From assembly GCF_022846255.1 (NCBI RefSeq), contig NZ_AP025682.1: a stretch of DNA of 64,000 nt, one strand, 5' to 3'. The number at the start of each line of letters is the position of its first letter. The stretch's first letter is position 1. The position numbers were made by a program, and so were the translations under genes. This DNA comes from Escherichia coli. Lineage in GTDB: Bacteria > Pseudomonadota > Gammaproteobacteria > Enterobacterales > Enterobacteriaceae. The notes under the pieces were generated by a model. It was not told the DNA's origin. It ran no database searches and saw only the letters and a program-made list of their open reading frames with translations. This document shows positions 15,217 through 30,472 of the stretch, one piece after another.

Positions 15217-15982
15217 TGCTCTCTCCGGTTATGATCACGTCGATCCCTTTTTCTTCCAGCGCCTGACGAAACGCTGGATCGATACCTGCGTCGGTAATCA
15301 GCTTATCGACGCTTTCAAGACTACAAACCACGTTGGGGCTTTTACGACCAAACTTCGATGAGTCAGCCATCAAAATCACTTCGCGCGCGGCATTACACAT
15401 CGCCTTACTGACGGTATAGACCTCGTTAAAGGTGGTTACGCCCGCATTGAGATCGATGCCGTCGGTGCCCATAAACAATTTATCGAAGGTGAAATGCTCG
15501 AAGGCATTCTCTGCCAGTTGCCCGTGAAATGAGGCCGATTTTTTGCGAAATGTTCCGCCTGGCATCAGGATAGTTTGTTCGTTATCCAGTTCGGATAGCG
15601 CATTGACGATGTGCAGGCTGTTGGTCATCACCGTGATGTTATTAAAGCGCGATAGCAGAGGCACCATCTGCAACACGGTACTGCCAGCATCAAGAATTAT
15701 TGAGTCGCCATCATGAATAAAACCAACGGCAGCTTCTGCAATCAGCTCTTTTTTGTGGGTGTTGATAAGCGTTTTATGATCGATAGGCGGATCGGATTCC
15801 TCTTTATTCAACACCACTCCGCCATAAGTACGAATGACGGTTCCGGCATGTTCCAGAATGACCAGATCTTTGCGAATGGTTGTGCCTGTGGTGTCAAAGT
15901 ATTGCGCCAATTCTTCAACCGAGCATTTACCCTGCTTTTGCAGATACTCCAGAATGGCGGCCTGACGCTGACGAGGTTTCAT
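15209..15982 (-). CDS. srlR: DeoR-family repressor of the sorbitol (glucitol) operon
   Basis: DeoR HTH N-terminus; start at [14 protein letters not shown], 18 codons inside the longest ORF (15209..16036). Confidence 0.9.
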   Translation of the reverse strand: MKPRQRQAAILEYLQKQGKCSVEELAQYFDTTGTTIRKDLVILEHAGTVIRTYGGVVLNKEESDPPIDHKTLINTHKKELIAEAAVGFIHDGDSIILDAGSTVLQMVPLLSRFNNITVMTNSLHIVNALSELDNEQTILMPGGTFRKKSASFHGQLAENAFEHFTFDKLFMGTDGIDLNAGVTTFNEVYTVSKAMCNAAREVILMADSSKFGRKSPNVVCSLESVDKLITDAGIDPAFRQALEEKGIDVIITGESNE

Positions 15983-16047
15983 GGCGTGATTACCTGATTT
16001 AGGTTTCAAAATGATAACTTCGCAAGCAAGTAACATTCACAACGAAA

Positions 16048-16407
16048 TTATCCACGTTTCAGTTTAAGCGCCAATGATAGAGCATTCTGTGATAGTGGAT
16101 CATGGGGAAAGATCACATCGGGCTGTAAATCACCCGCATGCATACCGGTAATTGCGGGAATTTTTTGCGGTCGGGCGAAGACGGTCAGTCCTTTCATAAA
16201 CAAGGTGTCGACGATGCGCTGCTGATCGTCCAGCGCAATAGCGACCACGACCCGCGGTTTAAAGCGCCCGCTGGAACGGCCCACGCCAACCCTCCCTTGC
16301 TGGCATAGCGTGTCGAAGGCACGGTTAAAACGAGAAATTTGCCAACCGCCTAAGGCCAGTTGCGCACACCAGGCGATAACGGCGACGGTGATGAGTGCGG
16401 ATACCAT
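16048..16407 (-). CDS. gutM: Glucitol operon activator
   Basis: 119 aa with N-terminal hydrophobic segment; lies between srlD and srlR. Confidence 0.88.
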   Translation of the reverse strand: MVSALITVAVIAWCAQLALGGWQISRFNRAFDTLCQQGRVGVGRSSGRFKPRVVVAIALDDQQRIVDTLFMKGLTVFARPQKIPAITGMHAGDLQPDVIFPHDPLSQNALSLALKLKRG

Positions 16408-16443
16408 AACTTCTCCGTAATGTAGTGGCGGAAGTCCTGTAGA

Positions 16444-16470
16444 CCTGATAAGCGTAGCGCATCAGGCATT
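16444..16470. repeat. REP-like palindromic unit
   Basis: gataagcgtagcgcatcaggc, a REP-family motif, in the gutM-srlD gap. Confidence 0.6.
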
Positions 16471-16512
16471 CTATTAGTCGCGCGGAGATCCTTAAAAGAT
16501 CTCCGCTGTTGA

Positions 16513-17667
<1,155 letters not shown>

Positions 17668-17677
17668 GTTTCAGCCT

Positions 17678-19215
<1,538 letters not shown>

Positions 19216-19452
19216 TTATTGTTTTATTACCAAACGGCAATCTAATCTAATCAGATTGAAAGATTTAAAAGTGTTATTTTGATCGCAAAATGAAAGATAA
19301 ATATTTTATTTTGAAAGTTGTATAAAGAAGGTAGTGAGGAGAATGAGTTGAGTTATGTAAAGTCCGTATCGGGCAGTGACTACCGCTTCCTTGTGCGGGG
19401 CGGGATGCTTTACCATACTTGCCCCTGGTTGAATCTGTTAAATGGACCCCTC

Positions 19453-20538
19453 ATGTTCAAGCGTCGTTATGTAACATTGCTTCCCCTTTTTGTGTTGCTT
19501 GCCGCCTGTAGCAGCAAGCCAAAACCTACTGAGACTGAAACGACCACCGGAACGCCGTCTGGCGGCTTCCTGCTTGAGCCGCAGCACAATGTGATGCAGA
19601 TGGGCGGTGACTTCGCCAATAACCCGAATGCCCAGCAGTTCATCGACAAAATGGTGAACAAACACGGTTTCGATCGTCAGCAGTTGCAGGAAATTCTCTC
19701 CCAGGCGAAACGTCTGGATTCGGTACTGCGGCTGATGGATAACCAGGCACCAACCACATCGGTGAAACCGCCATCAGGTCCGAACGGCGCATGGCTGCGT
19801 TATCGCAAAAAATTTATTACGCCGGACAACGTGCAGAACGGTGTGGTTTTCTGGAATCAGTATGAAGATGCGTTGAATCGCGCGTGGCAGGTGTATGGTG
19901 TACCGCCGGAAATTATCGTCGGGATTATAGGCGTTGAAACCCGCTGGGGGCGCGTGATGGGGAAAACTCGCATCCTCGATGCGCTGGCAACGCTGTCATT
20001 TAACTACCCACGCCGCGCGGAGTATTTTTCTGGCGAGCTGGAAACCTTCCTGCTGATGGCGCGCGACGAGCAGGACGATCCGCTCAATCTGAAAGGTTCC
20101 TTTGCCGGGGCGATGGGCTACGGACAGTTTATGCCGTCGTCTTACAAACAATATGCGGTAGATTTCAGCGGCGACGGGCATATCAACCTGTGGGATCCGG
20201 TTGATGCGATCGGTAGCGTGGCGAATTATTTCAAAGCGCACGGCTGGGTGAAAGGCGATCAGGTCGCGGTAATGGCAAACGGTCAGGCGCCAGGCTTGCC
20301 AAATGGCTTCAAAACCAGGTACAGCATTTCGCAGCTTGCCGCGGCAGGTTTAACGCCACAGCAGCCGCTGGGCAACCATCAACAAGCCAGCCTGCTGCGT
20401 CTGGATGTTGGCACCGGCTACCAGTACTGGTACGGTCTGCCGAACTTCTACACCATTACCCGTTATAACCACAGCACCCATTACGCAATGGCGGTCTGGC
20501 AGTTAGGACAAGCCGTGGCGCTGGCGCGCGTGCAGTAA
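19453..20538 (+). CDS. mltB: Membrane-bound lytic murein transglycosylase B (lipoprotein)
   Basis: Lipoprotein signal with lipobox LLAAC; start at MFKRRYVTLLPLF inside the longer ORF (19318..20538). Confidence 0.92.
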   Translation: MFKRRYVTLLPLFVLLAACSSKPKPTETETTTGTPSGGFLLEPQHNVMQMGGDFANNPNAQQFIDKMVNKHGFDRQQLQEILSQAKRLDSVLRLMDNQAPTTSVKPPSGPNGAWLRYRKKFITPDNVQNGVVFWNQYEDALNRAWQVYGVPPEIIVGIIGVETRWGRVMGKTRILDALATLSFNYPRRAEYFSGELETFLLMARDEQDDPLNLKGSFAGAMGYGQFMPSSYKQYAVDFSGDGHINLWDPVDAIGSVANYFKAHGWVKGDQVAVMANGQAPGLPNGFKTRYSISQLAAAGLTPQQPLGNHQQASLLRLDVGTGYQYWYGLPNFYTITRYNHSTHYAMAVWQLGQAVALARVQ

Positions 20539-20682
20539 CTATTTGCAAGAGGGGGGCGTGAGCTTCCCTCTGGCTAATCAGCTTTTTTCTGAATCCTCCT
20601 CGTAAAATTGCAACGCCAACACCATCTTCCTGACGAAAGTGTTATCTTGTCCGGCATAAATTTTTGACTGACAGAGGTTGTG

Positions 20683-21180
20683 ATGACTGACAGTGAACTG
20701 ATGCAGTTAAGCGAACAGGTTGGGCAGTCGCTGAAAGCCCGTGGCGCAACCGTAACAACTGCTGAGTCTTGTACCGGCGGTTGGGTAGCGAAAGTGATTA
20801 CCGATATTGCCGGCAGTTCCGCCTGGTTTGAACGCGGATTTGTCACCTACAGTAACGAAGCAAAAGCGCAAATGATCGGTGTACGCGAAGAGACGCTGGC
20901 GCAGCATGGCGCGGTGAGCGAACCTGTCGTGGTGGAAATGGCGATAGGCGCACTGAAAGCGGCTCGTGCTGATTACGCCGTGTCTATTAGTGGTATCGCC
21001 GGGCCGGATGGCGGCAGTGAAGAGAAGCCTGTAGGCACCGTCTGGTTTGCTTTTGCCACTGCCCGTGGTGAAGGCATTACCCGGCGGGAATGCTTCAGCG
21101 GTGACCGTGATGCGGTGCGTCGTCAGGCTACTGCGTATGCATTGCAGACCTTGTGGCAACAATTTCTACAAAACACTTGA
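20683..21180 (+). CDS. pncC: NMN amidohydrolase (CinA C-terminal domain family)
   Basis: 165 aa beginning MTDSELMQLSEQ; the longest ORF starts one GTG codon earlier at 20680; directly upstream of recA. Confidence 0.9.
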   Translation: MTDSELMQLSEQVGQSLKARGATVTTAESCTGGWVAKVITDIAGSSAWFERGFVTYSNEAKAQMIGVREETLAQHGAVSEPVVVEMAIGALKAARADYAVSISGIAGPDGGSEEKPVGTVWFAFATARGEGITRRECFSGDRDAVRRQATAYALQTLWQQFLQNT

Positions 21181-21182
21181 TA

Positions 21183-22321
<1,139 letters not shown>

Positions 22322-22340
22322 TCGTCTTGTTTGATACACA

Positions 22341-22371
22341 AGGGTCGCATCTGCGGCCCTTTTGCTTTTTT
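22341..22371 (+). terminator. Rho-independent terminator between recA and recX
   Basis: GC-rich hairpin agggtcgcatctgcggccct followed by tttgctttttt. Confidence 0.7.
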
Positions 22372-22389
22372 AAGTTGTAAGGATATGCC

Positions 22390-22890
22390 ATGACAGAATC
22401 AACATCCCGTCGCCCGGCATATGCTCGCCTGTTGGATCGTGCGGTACGCATTCTGGCGGTGCGCGATCACAGTGAGCAAGAACTGCGACGTAAACTCGCG
22501 GCACCGATTATGGGCAAAAATGGCCCGGAAGAGATTGATGCCACGGCAGAAGATTACGAGCGCGTTATTGCCTGGTGCCACGAACATGGCTATCTTGATG
22601 ACAGCCGATTTGTTGCGCGCTTTATCGCCAGCCGTAGCCGCAAAGGTTATGGACCTGCGCGTATTCGTCAGGAACTGAATCAGAAAGGTATTTCCCGCGA
22701 AGCGACAGAAAAAGCGATGCGTGAATGTGACATCGACTGGTGCGCACTGGCGCGCGATCAGGCGACGCGAAAATATGGCGAACCTTTGCCAACTGTCTTT
22801 TCAGAAAAAGTTAAGATTCAGCGTTTTCTGCTCTATCGTGGCTATCTGATGGAAGATATCCAGGATATTTGGCGAAATTTTGCCGACTGA
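22390..22890 (+). CDS. recX: RecA regulator RecX
   Basis: 166 aa immediately downstream of recA on the same strand. Confidence 0.93.
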   Translation: MTESTSRRPAYARLLDRAVRILAVRDHSEQELRRKLAAPIMGKNGPEEIDATAEDYERVIAWCHEHGYLDDSRFVARFIASRSRKGYGPARIRQELNQKGISREATEKAMRECDIDWCALARDQATRKYGEPLPTVFSEKVKIQRFLLYRGYLMEDIQDIWRNFAD

Positions 22891-23018
22891 ACGCATACGG
22901 GATTTTACTTCCCAGTCAAGAAAACTTATCTTATTCCCACTTTTCAGTTACCAGCCGGGCGGTTAACGACACGCAACGGCTGGTAGCGATATTTCGTTAG
23001 CTTGATTTCAGGATAATT

Positions 23019-25649
23019 ATGAGCAAGAGCACCGCTGAGATCCGTCAGGCGTTTCTCGACTTTTTCCATAGTAAGGGACATCAGGTAGTTGCCAGCAGCT
23101 CCCTGGTACCCCATAACGACCCAACTTTGTTGTTTACCAACGCCGGGATGAACCAGTTCAAGGATGTGTTCCTTGGGCTCGACAAGCGTAATTATTCCCG
23201 CGCTACCACTTCCCAACGCTGCGTGCGTGCGGGTGGTAAACACAACGACCTGGAAAACGTCGGTTACACCGCGCGTCACCATACCTTCTTCGAAATGCTG
23301 GGCAACTTCAGCTTCGGCGACTATTTCAAACACGATGCCATTCAGTTTGCATGGGAACTGCTGACCAGCGAAAAATGGTTTGCCCTGCCGAAAGAGCGTC
23401 TGTGGGTTACCGTCTATGAAAGCGACGACGAAGCCTACGAAATCTGGGAAAAAGAAGTAGGGATCCCGCGCGAACGTATTATTCGCATCGGCGATAACAA
23501 AGGTGCGCCATACGCATCTGACAACTTCTGGCAGATGGGTGACACTGGTCCGTGCGGCCCGTGCACCGAAATCTTCTACGATCACGGCGACCACATTTGG
23601 GGCGGCCCTCCGGGAAGTCCGGAAGAAGACGGCGACCGCTACATTGAGATCTGGAACATCGTCTTCATGCAGTTCAACCGCCAGGCCGATGGCACGATGG
23701 AACCGCTGCCGAAACCGTCTGTAGATACCGGTATGGGTCTGGAGCGTATTGCTGCGGTGCTGCAACACGTTAACTCTAACTATGACATCGACCTGTTCCG
23801 CACGTTGATCCAGGCGGTAGCGAAAGTCACTGGCGCGACCGATCTGAGCAATAAATCGCTGCGCGTAATCGCTGACCACATTCGTTCTTGTGCATTCCTG
23901 ATCGCGGATGGCGTAATGCCGTCCAATGAAAACCGTGGTTATGTACTGCGTCGTATCATTCGTCGCGCAGTGCGTCACGGTAATATGCTCGGCGCGAAAG
24001 AAACCTTCTTCTACAAACTGGTTGGTCCGCTGATCGACGTTATGGGCTCTGCAGGTGAAGACCTGAAACGCCAGCAGGCGCAGGTTGAGCAGGTGCTGAA
24101 GACTGAAGAAGAGCAGTTTGCCCGTACTCTGGAGCGCGGTCTGGCGCTGCTGGATGAAGAGCTGGCAAAACTTTCTGGTGATACGCTGGATGGTGAAACT
24201 GCTTTCCGCCTGTACGACACCTACGGCTTCCCGGTTGACCTGACGGCTGATGTTTGTCGTGAGCGCAACATCAAAGTTGACGAAGCTGGTTTTGACGCAG
24301 CAATGGAAGAGCAGCGTCGTCGTGCGCGCGAAGCCAGCGGCTTTGGTGCCGATTACAACGCAATGATCCGTGTTGACAGTGCATCTGAATTTAAAGGCTA
24401 TGACCATCTGGAACTGAACGGCAAAGTGACCGCGCTGTTTGTTGATGGTAAAGCGGTTGATGCCATCAATGCAGGCCAGGAAGCTGTGGTCGTGCTGGAT
24501 CAAACGCCATTCTATGCGGAATCCGGCGGTCAGGTTGGTGATAAAGGCGAACTGAAAGGCGCTAACTTCTCCTTCGCGGTGGAAGATACGCAGAAATACG
24601 GCCAGGCGATTGGTCACATCGGTAAACTTGCTGCGGGTTCTCTGAAAGTGGGCGACGCTGTGCAGGCTGATGTTGATGAGGCTCGTCGCGCCCGTATTCG
24701 TCTGAATCACTCCGCAACGCACCTGATGCACGCTGCGCTGCGCCAGGTTCTGGGTACTCATGTATCGCAGAAAGGTTCACTGGTTAACGACAAAGTGCTG
24801 CGCTTCGACTTCTCACACAACGAAGCGATGAAACCAGAAGAGATTCGTGCGGTCGAAGACCTGGTGAACGCACAGATTCGCCGTAACTTGCCGATCGAAA
24901 CCAACATCATGGATCTCGAAGCGGCAAAAGCGAAAGGTGCGATGGCACTGTTCGGCGAGAAGTATGATGAGCGCGTACGCGTGCTGAGCATGGGCGATTT
25001 CTCCACCGAGCTGTGTGGCGGTACTCACGCCAGCCGCACTGGTGATATTGGTCTGTTCCGCATCATCTCTGAATCGGGTACTGCTGCAGGCGTTCGTCGT
25101 ATCGAAGCGGTAACCGGAGAAGGCGCTATCGCCACCGTTCATGCAGACAGCGATCGCTTAAGCGAAGTCGCGCATCTGCTGAAAGGCGATAGCAATAATC
25201 TGGCTGATAAAGTGCGTTCAGTACTGGAACGTACGCGTCAGCTGGAAAAAGAGTTACAACAGCTTAAAGAACAAGCTGCCGCACAGGAGAGCGCAAATCT
25301 TTCCAGTAAGGCAATTGATGTTAATGGTGTTAAGCTGTTGGTTAGCGAGCTTAGCGGTGTTGAGCCGAAAATGTTGCGTACCATGGTTGACGATTTAAAA
25401 AATCAGCTGGGGTCGACAATTATCGTGCTGGCAACGGTAGCCGAAGGTAAGGTTTCTCTGATTGCAGGCGTATCTAAGGACGTCACAGATCGTGTGAAAG
25501 CAGGGGAACTGATTGGTATGGTCGCTCAGCAGGTGGGCGGCAAGGGTGGTGGACGTCCTGACATGGCGCAAGCCGGTGGTACGGATGCTGCGGCCTTACC
25601 TGCAGCGTTAGCCAGTGTGAAAGGCTGGGTCAGCGCGAAATTGCAATAA
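23019..25649 (+). CDS. alaS: Alanine--tRNA ligase
   Basis: 876 aa; class II aaRS catalytic core, editing-domain HxxxH motif, C-terminal DHHA1-like region. Confidence 0.97.
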   Translation: MSKSTAEIRQAFLDFFHSKGHQVVASSSLVPHNDPTLLFTNAGMNQFKDVFLGLDKRNYSRATTSQRCVRAGGKHNDLENVGYTARHHTFFEMLGNFSFGDYFKHDAIQFAWELLTSEKWFALPKERLWVTVYESDDEAYEIWEKEVGIPRERIIRIGDNKGAPYASDNFWQMGDTGPCGPCTEIFYDHGDHIWGGPPGSPEEDGDRYIEIWNIVFMQFNRQADGTMEPLPKPSVDTGMGLERIAAVLQHVNSNYDIDLFRTLIQAVAKVTGATDLSNKSLRVIADHIRSCAFLIADGVMPSNENRGYVLRRIIRRAVRHGNMLGAKETFFYKLVGPLIDVMGSAGEDLKRQQAQVEQVLKTEEEQFARTLERGLALLDEELAKLSGDTLDGETAFRLYDTYGFPVDLTADVCRERNIKVDEAGFDAAMEEQRRRAREASGFGADYNAMIRVDSASEFKGYDHLELNGKVTALFVDGKAVDAINAGQEAVVVLDQTPFYAESGGQVGDKGELKGANFSFAVEDTQKYGQAIGHIGKLAAGSLKVGDAVQADVDEARRARIRLNHSATHLMHAALRQVLGTHVSQKGSLVNDKVLRFDFSHNEAMKPEEIRAVEDLVNAQIRRNLPIETNIMDLEAAKAKGAMALFGEKYDERVRVLSMGDFSTELCGGTHASRTGDIGLFRIISESGTAAGVRRIEAVTGEGAIATVHADSDRLSEVAHLLKGDSNNLADKVRSVLERTRQLEKELQQLKEQAAAQESANLSSKAIDVNGVKLLVSELSGVEPKMLRTMVDDLKNQLGSTIIVLATVAEGKVSLIAGVSKDVTDRVKAGELIGMVAQQVGGKGGGRPDMAQAGGTDAAALPAALASVKGWVSAKLQ

Positions 25650-25883
25650 TATAAGCGTCAGGCAATGCCGTGGACTCGCTTCACGGCATTCGCATTAACG
25701 CTATCGACAACGATAAAGTCAGGTTGAAGTTGTGTATATCGGCTAAACTTAGGTTTAACAGAATGTAATGCCATGACTGCTTAGATGTAATGTGTTTGTC
25801 ATTGCTTACTTTTTGGCGTTATATGATGGATAATGCCGGGATACAGAGAGACCCGACTCTTTTAATCTTTCAAGGAGCAAAGA

Positions 25884-26069
25884 ATGCTGATTCTGACTCG
25901 TCGAGTTGGTGAGACCCTCATGATTGGGGATGAGGTCACCGTGACAGTTTTAGGGGTAAAGGGCAACCAGGTACGTATTGGCGTAAATGCCCCGAAGGAA
26001 GTTTCTGTTCACCGTGAAGAGATCTACCAGCGTATCCAGGCTGAAAAATCCCAGCAGTCCAGTTACTAA
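25884..26069 (+). CDS. csrA: Carbon storage regulator (RNA-binding global regulator)
   Basis: 61 aa [48 protein letters not shown]; strong RBS aaggag upstream. Confidence 0.97.
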
Positions 26070-26383
26070 TCTTTCCGCGTCTCATCTTTATCGGTGAGAC
26101 GCACCCTCAAAATTTCTCTTTCACTCCATTGTCTTTTCACTTTACTCCCGTTCATTCAACTTAAGTCTCCATTTTTTGCATTACTGCTATCTGTCAGACC
26201 TCCGTTTTTCTGTTGATAAAACACTCTTTTTGACGTTTTTACAGACTAATTGAGCGTGAAGTGTGCAAACGATAAAAGTGTGGGAAAAATTGTTTGACTT
26301 ATAAGTCTCAGAAAGTAATATGTGCGCCACGCAGCGACGATGAGCGATAAACAAGTTCTTCGAAGCACTCGTAAGAGGCGTGT

Positions 26384-26476
26384 GGTGAGGTGGCCGAGAG
26401 GCTGAAGGCGCTCCCCTGCTAAGGGAGTATGCGGTCAAAAGCTGCATCCGGGGTTCGAATCCCCGCCTCACCGCCA
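26384..26476 (+). tRNA. serV: tRNA-Ser (anticodon GCU), long variable arm
   Basis: 93 nt cloverleaf ggtgaggtggccgagag...ccgcctcaccgcca with anticodon loop cugCUAag and encoded CCA. Confidence 0.93.
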
Positions 26477-26479
26477 TTT

Positions 26480-26556
26480 GCATCCGTAGCTCAGCTGGAT
26501 AGAGTACTCGGCTACGAACCGAGCGGTCGGAGGTTCGAATCCTCCCGGATGCACCA
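26480..26556 (+). tRNA. argV: tRNA-Arg (anticodon ACG), copy 1
   Basis: 77 nt gcatccgtagctcagctggatagagtactcggctACGaaccgag...ggatgcacca; 3 nt after serV. Gene names for the four copies assigned by order only. Confidence 0.9.
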
Positions 26557-26620
26557 TCTCTTACTTGATACGACTTTAGTGGCGGTATCAAAAAATCTGC
26601 AGTAAAGTAAGTTTCCCGAT

Positions 26621-26697
26621 GCATCCGTAGCTCAGCTGGATAGAGTACTCGGCTACGAACCGAGCGGTCGGAGGTTCGAATCCTCCCGGATGCACCA
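26621..26697 (+). tRNA. argY: tRNA-Arg (anticodon ACG), copy 2
   Basis: Identical 77-nt sequence to copy 1. Confidence 0.9.
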
Positions 26698-26759
26698 TCT
26701 CTTACTTGATATGGCTTTAGTAGCGATATCAATATCAGCAGTAAAATAAATTTCCCGAT

Positions 26760-26836
26760 GCATCCGTAGCTCAGCTGGATAGAGTACTCGGCTACGAACC
26801 GAGCGGTCGGAGGTTCGAATCCTCCCGGATGCACCA
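26760..26836 (+). tRNA. argZ: tRNA-Arg (anticodon ACG), copy 3
   Basis: Identical 77-nt sequence to copy 1. Confidence 0.9.
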
Positions 26837-26899
26837 TCTCTTACTTGATATGGCTTTAGTAGCGATATCAATATCAGCAGTAAAATAAATTTTTCCGAT

Positions 26900-26976
26900 G
26901 CATCCGTAGCTCAGCTGGATAGAGTACTCGGCTACGAACCGAGCGGTCGGAGGTTCGAATCCTCCCGGATGCACCA
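26900..26976 (+). tRNA. argQ: tRNA-Arg (anticodon ACG), copy 4
   Basis: Identical 77-nt sequence to copy 1. Confidence 0.9.
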
Positions 26977-27123
26977 TATTCTCCAAAAAATTTCCTTCAA
27001 AAATATCTCATTTCTAAATAACTACTTTATCCATTTCCTGAATTTTCTTCTCCTTCGCCATCAGCGACAAAATCAAGCAATTACGCTAAAGTAGCGTCAT
27101 ATTTTTCGACTTGCGAGAAGACC

Positions 27124-27690
27124 ATGTACGAGCGTTATGCTGGTTTAATTTTTGATATGGATGGCACCATCCTGGATACCGAGCCTACGCACCGTAAAGC
27201 GTGGCGCGAAGTATTAGGGCACTACGGTCTTCAGTACGATGTTCAGGCGATGATTGCGCTTAATGGTTCGCCCACCTGGCGTATTGCTCAGGCGATTATT
27301 GAGCTGAATCAGGCCGATCTCGACCCGCATGCGTTAGCGCGTGAAAAAACAGAAGCAGTAAGAAGTATGCTGCTGGATAGTGTCGAGCCGCTTCCTCTTG
27401 TTGAAGTGGTGAAAAGCTGGCATGGTCGTCGCCCAATGGCTGTAGGAACGGGGAGTGAAAGCGCCATCGCTGAGGCATTGCTGGCACACCTGGGATTACG
27501 CCGTTATTTTGACGCCGTCGTCGCTGCCGATCACGTCAAACACCATAAACCCGCGCCAGACACATTTTTGTTGTGCGCGCAGCGTATGGGCGTGCAACCG
27601 ACGCAGTGTGTGGTCTTTGAAGATGCCGATTTCGGTATTCAGGCGGCCCGTGCAGCAGGCATGGACGCCGTGGATGTTCGCTTGCTGTGA
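27124..27690 (+). CDS. yqaB: HAD-superfamily sugar-phosphate phosphatase
   Basis: 188 aa; HAD motif I (LIFDMDGT) near the N-terminus. Confidence 0.9.
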   Translation: MYERYAGLIFDMDGTILDTEPTHRKAWREVLGHYGLQYDVQAMIALNGSPTWRIAQAIIELNQADLDPHALAREKTEAVRSMLLDSVEPLPLVEVVKSWHGRRPMAVGTGSESAIAEALLAHLGLRRYFDAVVAADHVKHHKPAPDTFLLCAQRMGVQPTQCVVFEDADFGIQAARAAGMDAVDVRLL

Positions 27691-28115
27691 GTGAAGCGTT
27701 ATCGCTTTTCTCGTTGTTTGCCAGTAGTTTTCTCAGCGCTACACTATTACCCGGCAACTCCGAAGTCGTGCTGGTGGCAATGTTGCTTTCCGGGATCAGT
27801 CATCCCTGGGTTTTAGTTTTAACAGCAACAATGGGTAATAGCCTTGGAGGGTTAACTAACGTTATCCTTGGGCGTTTCTTTCCATTGCGTAAAACATCGC
27901 GCTGGCAAGAGAAAGCTACCGGCTGGCTGAAACGCTATGGTGCAGTCACACTATTATTAAGCTGGATGCCCGTGGTTGGCGATTTACTGTGTCTGTTCGC
28001 GGGATGGATGCGCATCTCCTGGGGGCCGGTAATCTTTTTTTTGTGCCTTGGTAAAGCGTTACGCTATGTTGCAGTTGCAGCAGCGACCGTTCAGGGCATG
28101 ATGTGGTGGCACTAA
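27687..28115 (+). CDS. yqaA: DedA/SNARE-associated family inner-membrane protein
   Basis: 142 aa hydrophobic protein overlapping the yqaB stop. Confidence 0.88.
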   Translation: MSEALSLFSLFASSFLSATLLPGNSEVVLVAMLLSGISHPWVLVLTATMGNSLGGLTNVILGRFFPLRKTSRWQEKATGWLKRYGAVTLLLSWMPVVGDLLCLFAGWMRISWGPVIFFLCLGKALRYVAVAAATVQGMMWWH

Positions 28116-28160
28116 TTGTAGGCCTGCACATATGGTCACCATTACAGTTATGCTAATTAA

Positions 28161-29744
<1,584 letters not shown>

Positions 29745-29753
29745 CAGAAAAGA

Positions 29754-29825
29754 AAAAGGCCACTCGTGAGTGGCCAAAATTTCATCTCTGAATTCAGGGA
29801 TGATGATAACAAATGCGCGTCTTTC
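29754..29825 (-). ncRNA. micA: Hfq-dependent small RNA MicA (SraD)
   Basis: Reverse complement reads GAAAGACGCGCATTTGTTATCATCATCCCTGAATTCAGAGATGAAATTTTGGCCACTCACGAGTGGCCTTTTT with an intrinsic terminator; in the gshA-luxS gap. Confidence 0.9.
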
Positions 29826-29893
29826 ATATACTCAGACTCGCCTGGGAACAAAGAGTTCAGAAAATTTTTAAAAAAATTACCGGAGGTGGCTAA

Positions 29894-30409
29894 ATGCCGT
29901 TGTTAGATAGCTTCACAGTCGATCATACCCGGATGGAAGCGCCTGCAGTTCGGGTGGCAAAAACAATGAACACCCCGCATGGCGACGCAATCACCGTGTT
30001 CGATCTGCGCTTCTGCGTGCCGAACAAAGAAGTGATGCCAGAAAGAGGGATCCATACCCTGGAGCACCTGTTTGCTGGTTTTATGCGTAACCATCTTAAC
30101 GGTAATGGCGTAGAGATTATCGATATCTCGCCAATGGGCTGCCGCACCGGTTTTTATATGAGTCTGATTGGTACGCCAGATGAGCAGCGTGTCGCTGATG
30201 CCTGGAAAGCGGCAATGGAAGACGTGCTGAAAGTGCAGGATCAGAATCAGATTCCGGAACTGAACGTCTACCAGTGTGGCACTTACCAGATGCACTCGTT
30301 GCAGGAAGCGCAGGATATTGCGCGTAACATTCTGGAACGTGACGTGCGCATCAACAGCAACGAAGAACTGGCGCTGCCGAAAGAGAAGTTGCAGGAACTG
30401 CACATTTAG
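29894..30409 (+). CDS. luxS: S-ribosylhomocysteine lyase (autoinducer-2 synthase)
   Basis: 171 aa; conserved HTLEHL metal-binding motif. Confidence 0.96.
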   Translation: MPLLDSFTVDHTRMEAPAVRVAKTMNTPHGDAITVFDLRFCVPNKEVMPERGIHTLEHLFAGFMRNHLNGNGVEIIDISPMGCRTGFYMSLIGTPDEQRVADAWKAAMEDVLKVQDQNQIPELNVYQCGTYQMHSLQEAQDIARNILERDVRINSNEELALPKEKLQELHI

Positions 30410-30435
30410 TCAGTAAACTATCTTCACAATTAATT

Positions 30436-30466
30436 GAAAAAAGCCAGTTCAAATGAACTGGCTTAG
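30436..30466. terminator. Hairpin terminator between convergent luxS and emrB
   Basis: Stem agccagttc/gaactggct with loop aaat; flanked by an A-run upstream, which is the T-run for minus-strand emrB. Confidence 0.65.
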
Positions 30467-30472
30467 TTGTAC

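Noticed and set aside
16482-16507. Perfect 9-bp inverted repeat gcggagatc/gatctccgc just downstream of srlD
   Set aside because: No adjacent T-run on the srlD strand, so it is not a canonical intrinsic terminator; it could be a protein-binding palindrome but I cannot support a specific call.
22944-24761. 605-aa ORF on the minus strand
   Set aside because: Entirely antisense to alaS, whose product is unmistakable; its low-complexity translation is typical of a shadow ORF in a GC-rich gene.
25664-25690. 9-bp stem aatgccgtg/cacggcatt after alaS
   Set aside because: A hairpin is present but is not followed by a U-tract; left uncalled as a terminator.
26480-26976. Regularly spaced direct repeats, considered as a possible CRISPR array
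   Set aside because: The 77-nt repeats fold as tRNA-Arg(ACG) with CCA ends, and the spacers are themselves near-identical, which is not CRISPR-like.
26187-26986. Minus-strand ORFs (216, 72 and 64 aa) with repeated peptide segments
   Set aside because: They run through the serV-argVYZQ tRNA array; the internal repeats are just the four identical tRNA-Arg genes translated in reverse.
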